In this document: piece after piece, positions 34,632-42,442 of the stretch
How positions within the stretch are numbered: position 1 is the stretch's first letter
How the letters are laid out: each line of letters opens with the position of its first letter
Origin: a virus
Taxonomy: Duplodnaviria > Caudoviricetes
DNA: 42,442 nt
Strand: one strand, 5' to 3'
Virus record (IMG/VR): IMGVR_UViG_3300021082_000016
Span: 1 to 42,442 of that record
Made by a program: the position numbers and the translations under genes
The notes under the pieces: model-generated
Seen by the model: the letters and a program-made list of their open reading frames with translations, nothing else
The model's database searches: none
Told to the model about the DNA's origin: nothing

Positions 34632-37600
34632 GTGAGCTGGGACCCCGCACCGGACCCGAGCCCGGACGAGTTGCGCGCCTACGCTCGCGACCAGGCCCAG
34701 CGCAATGGCATCAACCCGGACACCTACGACCGCAAGCTGCGGCAGGAGTCCGGCTACCGCGTCAAGGGCGATGACGGCCGCACGCTGACGTCGCCTGCAG
34801 GCGCGCTCGGCCCGGCGCAGCTGATGCCGGACACGGCGCGAGGGCTCGGTGTCGACCCGCACGACTGGAAGCAGAACATCGAGGGCGGCGCGCGCGAGAC
34901 GGCGCGGCTGCAGAAGCTGTTCGGCGGCGACGAACGCGCGGCGATCGCGGCCTACAACGCGGGGCAGGGCAACATCGGCAACCTGGTCAGCAAGTACGGG
35001 CCGGACTGGGAAGCGCACCTCGAGGAGCAGCTGGGCAAGGACGCGCCGCAGACTCGGCAGTACCTGGCCAGCATCCTCGGCGGCGGCTCCAGTGGCGGTA
35101 CGGCCGGTGCGGTCGGCAACACGGCGCTGCAGACCCTCCCGCCAAGCGCCGTACGCGGCCTGGAGCCGGTCGGGAGTACACCAGGCTACCTGTACGACCT
35201 GGGCGCGCCACAGGGCGGCGTGAAGGGCCTGGAGCCGGTACAGAGCGGCGACGTGCCGTATGACGCCGGTGGTGTGTCCGGGCTGGTGCCGGCGGGCGGC
35301 GAGGACGTGGCGCTGCGCTCCGTGGGCACGCTGCGTGCGCGCCTGCGAGGGCTGGAGCCGGTCGATGCGGGAGTGGTCCAGGCACCGCTTCATACCGAGA
35401 ACTCAGACAGCCCGTTCACGCTCGCGCTGCGAGCGTACGATGCCGGCAACGTCGACATCCCATACTTCTCCGACGCCGCCCGCGCCGTACAGCCGGTGGT
35501 TGGCAAGGCCGCCGGCCTGGTGGCCGACAACACGCCGATCGGCGGCGCCTACAACCTCGCGGCGTCTGGCCTGGAACGCGCTGGCGGTCCATCGCTGCCC
35601 CGGGCCGGCGAGATCGCGAATCCGGTTGCCCAGGGCCTCGTGCCCGTCGGCGCGCTCGACCTGGCGCTCACCGCCTCACCGGGCGAGGTCAGAGCCGGAG
35701 CCAAGGGTCTGGTCAGGGTGGGCGAGGCCGGCATCAAGGAAGGCACCGTCCGTGCCGGTGCATCACGCACGCTGGACCGCGTGCTGCCATCCGGTCTGAT
35801 GCGAGACGAGCGCCGCGGCGCTAACGTTGTCGAAGCGTTGGGGGGAACGCGTACGCAAGGCGCGCGTGTCGGGCAGGAGTTCGGCCCGGAAGTCGCCGGC
35901 GGACCTGCGCGGCGCGTTGCCTCGGAAACACCACCACGCGGCCAGCCGCTGGCAGACGTCGGCGACCGAGGCATACAGGAAGCGTTGGCCGCCAAGAAAG
36001 AAGCGACGCTGGAGCCGGGGCGCGTGTTCCGCGACGAAGGCAGCCTGCAGCGCAGGGTTGTTGGTGCAGTCAACCCCAGCGTCGACATGCCACCAGCTGT
36101 GCACGTCGCGAACCAGGCTCGTACCGGCGTGGGCTCGCTGTTGCGCAGTGAGCTGTCGCGGGCGGAGGTGCCGGCCTACCGCAAGCTGGCAACGGCGTTC
36201 GCAGAGGAGGCTCCGGCCTACGTCGGACCGAAGGGCCGGCCGCTGGCCAGCACATGGGTTGACTACGCTGAGAACCCGCGCTTCTACGAAGGCACGCCTG
36301 CACTGGCCGCTGCCCGAGAGGAGCTACGGGCTGTGCAGGACGCGTCGCTCAACCGCGTACGTGCGGACTTCGGCGTCGACGTCGGCCGCTTCGAGGCGAC
36401 GCACGACCCGGACGCCGTCTACGTGCCGCACATGCAGTCGCGCGAGGACGTCGCCGCGGCCGCGCCACGTACGGAAGCCAGCATCTCGTCCCGGGGCACG
36501 GTATCGAAGGAGCGCGCCTACGAAAGCCTCAGCGACCGCGTGGCCAAGCACCCGGACTTCAAGCCCGAGCTGGACCCCGCGGTCCTGGCCGATACGCACG
36601 CGTCGGCGCTGGCCGGCATGGCGGCGAACAACACGTTCAAGACCGGTGTCGCAGGCAAGACGCTGACTGAGGTCATTGACGAGACGCACCCGGGCCTGCG
36701 TACGGCGCGAGACAAGGCCGCTGCACGCCTGCAGGCAGTCAAGAGCCGTATCGACCTGGCAGAGGCGCGTATCACGCAGCAGGACGCGGCCCTGGCGCCG
36801 CTGATTAAAGAGCAGGCCGCGATCACCGACCGAGCCACTCCGCGTTTCGTGGCGCTGGCAGAGGCCGACAAATTGACGCCCGAGCTGGCAACGATGCAGA
36901 CCCAGGTGCGCGAGCTAAAGATTAGGGCGCGGGCGATCGAGAAGGCCGTCGAACGGGCGCCGGGCAAGCAGGCGGCGGCTGGCCTGCGTCTCAACGACGC
37001 GTTGAGCGAGCTGGGCCACGTCGAACCGCAACTGACCGAGCTGAGGGCGCGCTACAACAGCGCCGCGCCCGGCGAGTACGTGCGCGGGCCCGACTTCCGC
37101 TACCACGAGCCGAAGACCGCAGCGGCGATGGAGACAGTGCTCAAGACCGGCTTCAACAACGCGTTCATCGATGGCGCGATCGAGGCCGGCAATACCGCGC
37201 GCGCGGCTGGTCTGGGACCGGACGCCTCGCCCCTGACCATCCAGGGAGCGCTGGGCGCGTTTTCTCACCCCGAGGTTGCGATCCAGAACGGGACTGGACT
37301 GGCGCGTGCATTCAAGGCGACGCCCGAAGAGTTCGTTAAGTCCCTGGACCCGCAACTGGTGAGCCGGTTCGAGTTCGCCAGCAACCGCACCCTAGGATCG
37401 ATGGGTGAAGACGTACTCGGCAAGACGACCGTCTTCGGCCGCGAGGTCGCGCTGCCGGGGCGTTTGAAGGGCAAGGTTAAGGGCTTCAACGAAGCCCTCC
37501 AGCGCGTGGTTGACTACGGCACGCTCAAGGCGTTTGAGAACGACTCCAACCTGCTGATGAAGCTGGGCCAGGAGTCACAGAACATCGCCGACCACGAAGC

Positions 37601-39383
37601 GGCTAACAGCCTGAGCAAGATCGTGCCGCGCATCAACAACCCGGAGACCGGGCGCAGCGTACAGCGCGTCAAGCTCGAGGGCCTGCTGCCGACGTCACGC
37701 TCGTTCACGGCCCAGCCGTTCGCCCTGGCCAAGGACTACGGCGCGGCGCTGGTAAAGGCGGCGAGAGGCGAAGAGATGCTGGGCCGCGAGAAGCTGGCAC
37801 TGCTCCGCGGCTCGACGCTGATCGGTAGCCTGATGACGATCAGCGTCGGCTCCGCCCTCGTTTCCGCGGAAGCCAACGGCAAGGACCCGGTGGAGGCAGT
37901 CAAAGAGGTGCTTGACCCATCGAGCGGCCGCTTCCTGCACGTCATCCTGGGCAACACGGGCAGCATCGGCCTGGGCGGGCCGTTCCGCAGCGCTTTCCTG
38001 GGCGTGTTCCGCACCGCGACACAGGGGCCGGAGGGCGTCTACAGATACGCGAAGGGCCGCTTGCAGCCCGAGATTGGCGCCACGGTGGACATCGCCACCA
38101 ACCGCGACTGGAAGGGCGACCCGGTGCGCGAAGGCAGCCCGTGGCAGCAAACGCTGGACATCGTGCAGCACTATGCACAGAGCGCCAACCTGCTGACCGG
38201 TGGCGTCGCCCAGGGCGTCTCAGAGAACGGCGTCGCAGGGGCTCTCACTCAGGCGGCTAGCGGCCTGGCCGGTGTCAACTACCAGGAGCGGACGGCCTAC
38301 GACGAGCGCGACCGTGTTTCCCGGGAAAAGTTCGGCAAACCGTACAGTCAGCTCTTCCCCGAGGACAAGGCCAAGGTCGACGCGCTGAAGCTGACACAGG
38401 ACAGCGACTACCAGAAGCGCAAGGCGCAGGTCACAGGCGAGATCGACCAGGCCGAGCGCACGGCCCTGGACGCCTTCAAGGCCGGCACGAACAACCAGAA
38501 GATCACTGACATCTGGCACGACCTCGGGCAGCGCCGTCTACAGGCCGCGAAGGACCTCTCGTCACAGTTCGCCGAGCAGTTCAAGGACTTCGACTCGAAC
38601 AAGTACCGCGACGCCCTCACCGGCTACTACGCCGTCGCCCAGACGTTCCCGGACGGCACGCCCGACTTTGAAGCCACCGACAAGGCGCGCCAGGAGTATA
38701 TCGCCAAGCTGCCGAAGGACCAGCAGCAGTGGCTTAACGAAGCGCAGTCCGTGGCTGAGTCGAAGAAGAGCCCGGAGCGGCAGAAGTACGACCAGTACAT
38801 CGCGGCCAAGAAGCAGGCCGGCTACATGGACATCAAGCCAGATGATCCGAAAGCCAGCGAAAAGCGCAAGGCGCTGGATGCGGCCAATCCAGAACTGGAC
38901 TTGGCCGCGTGGTACTACTCGGGCACGTCGGAGAAAGCCGGCGCGGGGCTTAACTCGCCCGCCGCCGCTGACAAAGCGTTGGCGTTGAACCTGCCCAATC
39001 GGCCGGTGAAGATCACTGGCTACGACCGCCCGGTAAACGAGTCACCAAAGGTGCGCGAGGTCTACGAGGGCACCAAGGCGCTGATAGAGAACTACGAGGC
39101 GGCGCTCATCAATCCGGGCAACCTCGACTCGCACGCCACTGACCTTTACGGCAAGAAGTTCAGCCAGCTAACCGAGGCCAGCCAGCGGGCGGCGGTGCAT
39201 TCGTCAATCACGCGCGAGCTGCAGAACGATCATCCCGACCTCGATGCGGTGCTCGCCTTCTTTGGCAAGAACGAGACCTTGGCGTCAGACCAGGCCGTCA
39301 GACTGCTGACGCAGATGGTCGACCACGCTGGCATCAAAGACCCGGCGAAGGACAAGATTTTGCAGAAGGTTAAAGCGCGCTAA
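34632..39383 (+). CDS. Giant internal-virion / DNA-ejection protein with N-terminal SLT lytic transglycosylase
   Basis: QESG, SPAGALGPAQLMPDTA, AIAAYNAG and TRQY SLT motifs; 1583 aa, largely helical. Confidence 0.8.
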   Translation: MSWDPAPDPSPDELRAYARDQAQRNGINPDTYDRKLRQESGYRVKGDDGRTLTSPAGALGPAQLMPDTARGLGVDPHDWKQNIEGGARETARLQKLFGGDERAAIAAYNAGQGNIGNLVSKYGPDWEAHLEEQLGKDAPQTRQYLASILGGGSSGGTAGAVGNTALQTLPPSAVRGLEPVGSTPGYLYDLGAPQGGVKGLEPVQSGDVPYDAGGVSGLVPAGGEDVALRSVGTLRARLRGLEPVDAGVVQAPLHTENSDSPFTLALRAYDAGNVDIPYFSDAARAVQPVVGKAAGLVADNTPIGGAYNLAASGLERAGGPSLPRAGEIANPVAQGLVPVGALDLALTASPGEVRAGAKGLVRVGEAGIKEGTVRAGASRTLDRVLPSGLMRDERRGANVVEALGGTRTQGARVGQEFGPEVAGGPARRVASETPPRGQPLADVGDRGIQEALAAKKEATLEPGRVFRDEGSLQRRVVGAVNPSVDMPPAVHVANQARTGVGSLLRSELSRAEVPAYRKLATAFAEEAPAYVGPKGRPLASTWVDYAENPRFYEGTPALAAAREELRAVQDASLNRVRADFGVDVGRFEATHDPDAVYVPHMQSREDVAAAAPRTEASISSRGTVSKERAYESLSDRVAKHPDFKPELDPAVLADTHASALAGMAANNTFKTGVAGKTLTEVIDETHPGLRTARDKAAARLQAVKSRIDLAEARITQQDAALAPLIKEQAAITDRATPRFVALAEADKLTPELATMQTQVRELKIRARAIEKAVERAPGKQAAAGLRLNDALSELGHVEPQLTELRARYNSAAPGEYVRGPDFRYHEPKTAAAMETVLKTGFNNAFIDGAIEAGNTARAAGLGPDASPLTIQGALGAFSHPEVAIQNGTGLARAFKATPEEFVKSLDPQLVSRFEFASNRTLGSMGEDVLGKTTVFGREVALPGRLKGKVKGFNEALQRVVDYGTLKAFENDSNLLMKLGQESQNIADHEAANSLSKIVPRINNPETGRSVQRVKLEGLLPTSRSFTAQPFALAKDYGAALVKAARGEEMLGREKLALLRGSTLIGSLMTISVGSALVSAEANGKDPVEAVKEVLDPSSGRFLHVILGNTGSIGLGGPFRSAFLGVFRTATQGPEGVYRYAKGRLQPEIGATVDIATNRDWKGDPVREGSPWQQTLDIVQHYAQSANLLTGGVAQGVSENGVAGALTQAASGLAGVNYQERTAYDERDRVSREKFGKPYSQLFPEDKAKVDALKLTQDSDYQKRKAQVTGEIDQAERTALDAFKAGTNNQKITDIWHDLGQRRLQAAKDLSSQFAEQFKDFDSNKYRDALTGYYAVAQTFPDGTPDFEATDKARQEYIAKLPKDQQQWLNEAQSVAESKKSPERQKYDQYIAAKKQAGYMDIKPDDPKASEKRKALDAANPELDLAAWYYSGTSEKAGAGLNSPAAADKALALNLPNRPVKITGYDRPVNESPKVREVYEGTKALIENYEAALINPGNLDSHATDLYGKKFSQLTEASQRAAVHSSITRELQNDHPDLDAVLAFFGKNETLASDQAVRLLTQMVDHAGIKDPAKDKILQKVKAR
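35916..35929. promoter_or_regulatory. Palindromic box GTTGCCTCGGAAAC (1 mismatch)
   Basis: Read directly. Confidence 0.55.
37860..37873. promoter_or_regulatory. Palindromic box GTTTCCGCGGAAGC (1 mismatch)
   Basis: Read directly. Confidence 0.55.
38316..38329. promoter_or_regulatory. Palindromic box GTTTCCCGGGAAAA (1 mismatch; contains TTTCCCGGGAAA)
   Basis: Read directly. Confidence 0.6.
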
Positions 39384-39505
39384 AGGCCGAGAAGCAACAC
39401 GGCGCCCGTCACGATGATCCCGATGACGAGCATGAGCACAAAGGCCCATCCGATATCACCACCGCCACTACCTCGCGCACCATGCATATCGTTGGGGTTA
39501 TTCAC
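39380..39505 (-). CDS. 41-aa single-TM peptide
   Basis: MNNPNDMHGARGSGGGDIGWAFVLMLVIGIIVTGAVLLLGL; stop overlaps the giant gene's stop. Confidence 0.5.
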   Translation of the reverse strand: MNNPNDMHGARGSGGGDIGWAFVLMLVIGIIVTGAVLLLGL

Positions 39506-39523
39506 GCGTTGAAGTCTACTCCG

Positions 39524-40879
39524 CTACGGACCAAACGTGAACGGCGTGCCCGTAGGCGCTGACGGTGCAGCAGGAGCCGCAGGGGAGCTGCCAGCGCCGC
39601 CGAAGACCGTGATGCCCGTCTTCTTGCGCGTCGCCAGCTCCTGCTGCACCTGAGCAACCGCCCGATCGCGGGCCTGCTGCGGGCTGAAGCCCTTGAGCAC
39701 GTAGCGCCGCGTCAGCTCCTCGATCACGGGCTGGGTATAGAGCCCAGCGTCGCCGACCGGGATCGTGTTGAGCAACTGCGCTTCGTTGTACGCGGCAAGA
39801 GTGCTGCCGCCCGACTCCTGCTGGTTGCCGTACTGCGTGCGCGCCTGGTCCTGTGCGTACTCGGTGGGCAGACGGGACAGCGTCAGCCGGTTGCGATACT
39901 GGTAGTCGAGCTCGTCCTTCTTGGCCTTCGAGACGAAGGTGATCTCGCCCGTGTTCGGGTCTTCGTACGGCACCGTGCCGAAGGGTGCGCGCTGCAGGTT
40001 CTGCAGCTCCAGCTCGGTCATGTCTCTGGCGTACTGCGCCTCGTCTACCGCGTTGGACAGCTCGAGGCCGGAGAGCTTGCTCCTGTAGCCGGCGCCGGCA
40101 CGCGCCTCGCTGAGGTTGAGGTCCGCCTCGTCGCCCGCACGGCGCATGTCTGCGATGTTGGTGCCAGTGATGTCGATGGCGTTGCGCTGCTTCTCCAGCT
40201 CGAGGCCGCGCACCGCGTCCTTTTCCTTGTTGGCCTCGGAGATGTACGTGGCGTTGGTACGCAGGGATCGCGCGACGCCCACCGGCAGAGGCGTGGTGTC
40301 GTTCTGCAGCGTGTCGATCTCCAGAGGCCGCGCGATGCCCACCTGGTCGCGCAGGCGGTTGACGGCGTTGCGCTGGCCCTGGGCCTTGGCGACGGCCTCG
40401 AGGTCCGCGGTGTCGTGGGTGGCCGCGGTGAGCGCCTGGTTCTCGCCCTGGCGCTCCGCGATGTACTGGCCGGCGGTGTCGTAGTAGCCGCGCTGCTGGG
40501 CCGTCTGTGCGCCCTGAGCCGCGAACAGGCCACGCTTGGCGCCGGTGCTGGCGGCGTAGAGCGGGCTACTCGGGTCCGACAGCGCCAGCGAGGCCATCGA
40601 CGCGCTACGGCTGGCCGTGTTGTAAGGGCTGGACGGGTCAGAGAGCGCGACCAGGGCCTTCTTGCGCCGCTGCAGCTCGGAGGTGGCGTTGTAGATCGAC
40701 TGGCCGATGCCGGTTACTGGCGCGGTCGGGCTGTCGTAGGTGAGCGGCCGGGGTGCGACGGGACCGGACCCGGTACCCGGCGCCGGGCCGTAGCTGAGGG
40801 GCGCGGCGGTCGCGGTACCGGCTCCGTTGAGCTTCTTGAGTCCTAGCGGGTCGGCAGGGTCGAAGAATCCGAGTGGCAT
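39524..40879 (-). CDS. Ala/Gln-rich helical protein, ejection/pilot-protein-like, on the opposite strand
   Basis: AGGAG RBS; strong GC3 bias on the minus strand; ALSDPSSP repeated twice; coiled coils. Confidence 0.7.
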   Translation of the reverse strand: MPLGFFDPADPLGLKKLNGAGTATAAPLSYGPAPGTGSGPVAPRPLTYDSPTAPVTGIGQSIYNATSELQRRKKALVALSDPSSPYNTASRSASMASLALSDPSSPLYAASTGAKRGLFAAQGAQTAQQRGYYDTAGQYIAERQGENQALTAATHDTADLEAVAKAQGQRNAVNRLRDQVGIARPLEIDTLQNDTTPLPVGVARSLRTNATYISEANKEKDAVRGLELEKQRNAIDITGTNIADMRRAGDEADLNLSEARAGAGYRSKLSGLELSNAVDEAQYARDMTELELQNLQRAPFGTVPYEDPNTGEITFVSKAKKDELDYQYRNRLTLSRLPTEYAQDQARTQYGNQQESGGSTLAAYNEAQLLNTIPVGDAGLYTQPVIEELTRRYVLKGFSPQQARDRAVAQVQQELATRKKTGITVFGGAGSSPAAPAAPSAPTGTPFTFGP

Positions 40880-41025
40880 TACGGGTGTCTCCTGAGATGT
40901 GAGGTGGCGAGCAGTGCCATGAGCATGGAGCGTTGCGCTCTCAGTGCGGCGACCAGCGCCCGAACCTCGGACTCAACATACTTAGGCACCCAGAGGTCGC
41001 CGAGGTTCTCGTACTCACCCGTCAT
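40879..41025 (-). CDS. 48-aa protein, probably leaderless
   Basis: TATAAT (41038-41033) lies 7 nt before ATG 41025; TAATG coupling to the next gene. Confidence 0.5.
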   Translation of the reverse strand: MTGEYENLGDLWVPKYVESEVRALVAALRAQRSMLMALLATSHLRRHP

Positions 41026-41058
41026 GTCGCCGATTATACGCCTAAACGGCATACGCGC

Positions 41059-41162
41059 TTGACACACGATAGCGTCGCAATGTAGGTTTATCGCAACTAA
41101 ATAGCAATTGGGCAAAAGGGCCGTTCCCAGGCGACTGGGCACGGCCCTTTCTTATTGCCCAA
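41059..41162 (+). promoter_or_regulatory. Late leader 2: TTGACA-18-TAGGTT promoter, CAACnnnATAGCAATTGGG box, long hairpin
   Basis: TTGGGCAA-AAGGGCCGT-TCCCAG-GCGA-CTGGGC-ACGGCCCTTT...TTGCCCAA; homologous to 29752-29820. Confidence 0.7.
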
Positions 41163-41175
41163 AACAGGAGCACAC

Positions 41176-42153
41176 ATGTCAGCCTTCACCAACCGCCAGA
41201 TGCGCCGTCACCCCGAGATGTTCGGTATCGCGCTCTATGCGCCTGACGCTGATGACGCTCCTGCTGGCGCTGGTTCTAGCTCCGCAACCGCTGTCATGGA
41301 CAAGCCAGCCGCGGGCCTGACGACCGACGCGGGCGCAGCTGAGGGCGCTGAAGGCGACGACACCAAGGAAGACGCCGCCGCCGTTTCCGGGGAAACCAAG
41401 ACCGGCGAGGGCGAGAAGCCCAAGACGCCGGTGCTGGACGAAGACACCGAGGCCATCCTCGCGGCCCGCATCGAAGAGGACCGCATCGAGCGCGACCGCG
41501 CCGCCGCCGAGACCAAGTCGCAGCAGGACGCGGAGGCCGCCGAGACCGCGCACCAGGAAGAGTTGCGCAACCACTTCGCGACCCACAAGACGACCCTGAC
41601 CGAGGCGCTGGACGGCATCGGCGTCGTGATCGACGGTGAGACCTACCGCCTCGGTCAGACCACCAAGGACGAGCTGCTGGGCGTGCTCACGGCATACGAC
41701 AAGGACGCCCAGGCGTCGATCGGCCTGCGCCTGCGCGAGACGCTGACGAGCCAGGTCCTGGCCCACGTGCCGGAGGCAGACCGCGCCGCCGCGAAAAAGA
41801 CGCTGGACGACGCCGACCCGGCCGAGTTCATGAACGTGGCGGGCGAGGTCTACGCACCGCGGGCCGCAGCCCTGGGCGAGATGGACCTTGACGGCGTGCT
41901 GGGTCTGAGCCCGAAGGCCAAGCGGGGCCACCTCGAGGCGCTCAAGGTCGCCAAGGACGAAGCGAAGCTGGCCGAGCGCGAGCGCATCTACGCGCTGCAC
42001 GGCATCACGCAGGACGAGCCCGAGACCGGAAACGGCGGTGGCGTCTCCAGTGGCTTTGCCAATCTCAATGCTCTTAACGCGGCGAAGCTCGCCGGACGCA
42101 TCAATGACGCGGAGTTTCTCAAGGAGCAAAACAAGCTCCTCGGGGTTAGCTAG
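41176..42153 (+). CDS. Capsid scaffolding protein (putative)
   Basis: AGGAG RBS; very acidic, Ala/Glu/Asp-rich coiled coil directly before the capsid gene. Confidence 0.7.
   Translation: MSAFTNRQMRRHPEMFGIALYAPDADDAPAGAGSSSATAVMDKPAAGLTTDAGAAEGAEGDDTKEDAAAVSGETKTGEGEKPKTPVLDEDTEAILAARIEEDRIERDRAAAETKSQQDAEAAETAHQEELRNHFATHKTTLTEALDGIGVVIDGETYRLGQTTKDELLGVLTAYDKDAQASIGLRLRETLTSQVLAHVPEADRAAAKKTLDDADPAEFMNVAGEVYAPRAAALGEMDLDGVLGLSPKAKRGHLEALKVAKDEAKLAERERIYALHGITQDEPETGNGGGVSSGFANLNALNAAKLAGRINDAEFLKEQNKLLGVS
41383..41396. promoter_or_regulatory. Palindromic box GTTTCCGGGGAAAC, exact
   Basis: Read directly; encodes VSGET. Confidence 0.75.
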
Positions 42154-42162
42154 GAGGCAGCT

Positions 42163-42442
42163 GTGCCAGACACCCTTTTCGCCAACGTCAGCGCCACGGG
42201 GCAGAGCATGATCCTGAGGGCGCAGGCGGTTATGCCGCACAACGCGCCGATGGTCAACCTGGTCACCACCAAGAAGCTGACCAAGGGCAAAACGCAGGCA
42301 GACCTGCCCTACGTGACCTCGCAGGCCACGGTCCAGACGCCGACCGAAGGCGACGAGATCGGCTTCTCCGACACCTTCACGATCGGCAGCGTGTCGATTG
42401 TCCCTGGCATCAAGGTCGTGCGCTACCGCCTGTCCAAGCGAC
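42163..42442 (+). CDS. Major capsid protein, 5' part (continues at position 128)
   Basis: TAGGAGG RBS; GTG start MPDTLFANVSATGQSMILRAQ...; in frame with 1-747. Confidence 0.8.
   Translation, partial: MPDTLFANVSATGQSMILRAQAVMPHNAPMVNLVTTKKLTKGKTQADLPYVTSQATVQTPTEGDEIGFSDTFTIGSVSIVPGIKVVRYRLSKR
42316..42442. repeat. Terminal direct repeat, copy 2
   Basis: Identical to 1-127. Confidence 0.97.

Noticed and set aside
978-41396. VSxET as a shared peptide motif (e.g. a protease site) instead of a DNA site
   Set aside because: Intergenic copies, an out-of-frame copy, fixed rare codons and palindromic symmetry point to a DNA-level element.
1-42442. CRISPR array, DGR/retron, IS elements
   Set aside because: No regularly spaced repeats, reverse transcriptase motifs, TR/VR pair or transposase seen.

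Overview
The window is an apparently complete circular genome of a GC-rich temperate tailed phage. Bases 1-127 are identical to 42316-42442, giving a unit length of 42,315 bp with the break inside the major capsid gene. It is probably podovirus-like: I find no tape-measure or tail-tube gene, and there is a 1583-aa lytic-transglycosylase ejection-type protein. Late module (29.8-42.3 kb, then 1-12.3 kb): small and large terminase, portal, giant SLT protein, an opposite-strand 3-gene cassette, scaffold, capsid, head and tail genes, then small membrane proteins and a secreted HExxH metalloprotease where an endolysin is expected. Middle: initiator tRNA-Met, a polytopic GT-C-like membrane gene, a XerD-like tyrosine recombinase, an HTH repressor with divergent promoters, and a tRNA 3'-half. 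Early module (16.7-29.8 kb): many small Zn-finger proteins, DUF3850, VRR-NUC, Gp37/Gp68, HNH, a replication initiator with internal iterons, an SLT domain and a long ParB-like protein with no ParA. Strongest unexplained signal: 13 copies (6 exact, 7 with one mismatch) of the parS/Noc-box-like palindrome GTTTCCnnGGAAAC, spread around the whole circle and mostly hidden inside genes. Other notable features: an 80-codon antisense ORF nested exactly in a loop of the membrane gene, a candidate att core between the early promoter and the early genes, two structured non-coding regions, and twin late promoter/terminator leaders. All calls come from motif reading by eye; no database searches were run and the host cannot be determined.
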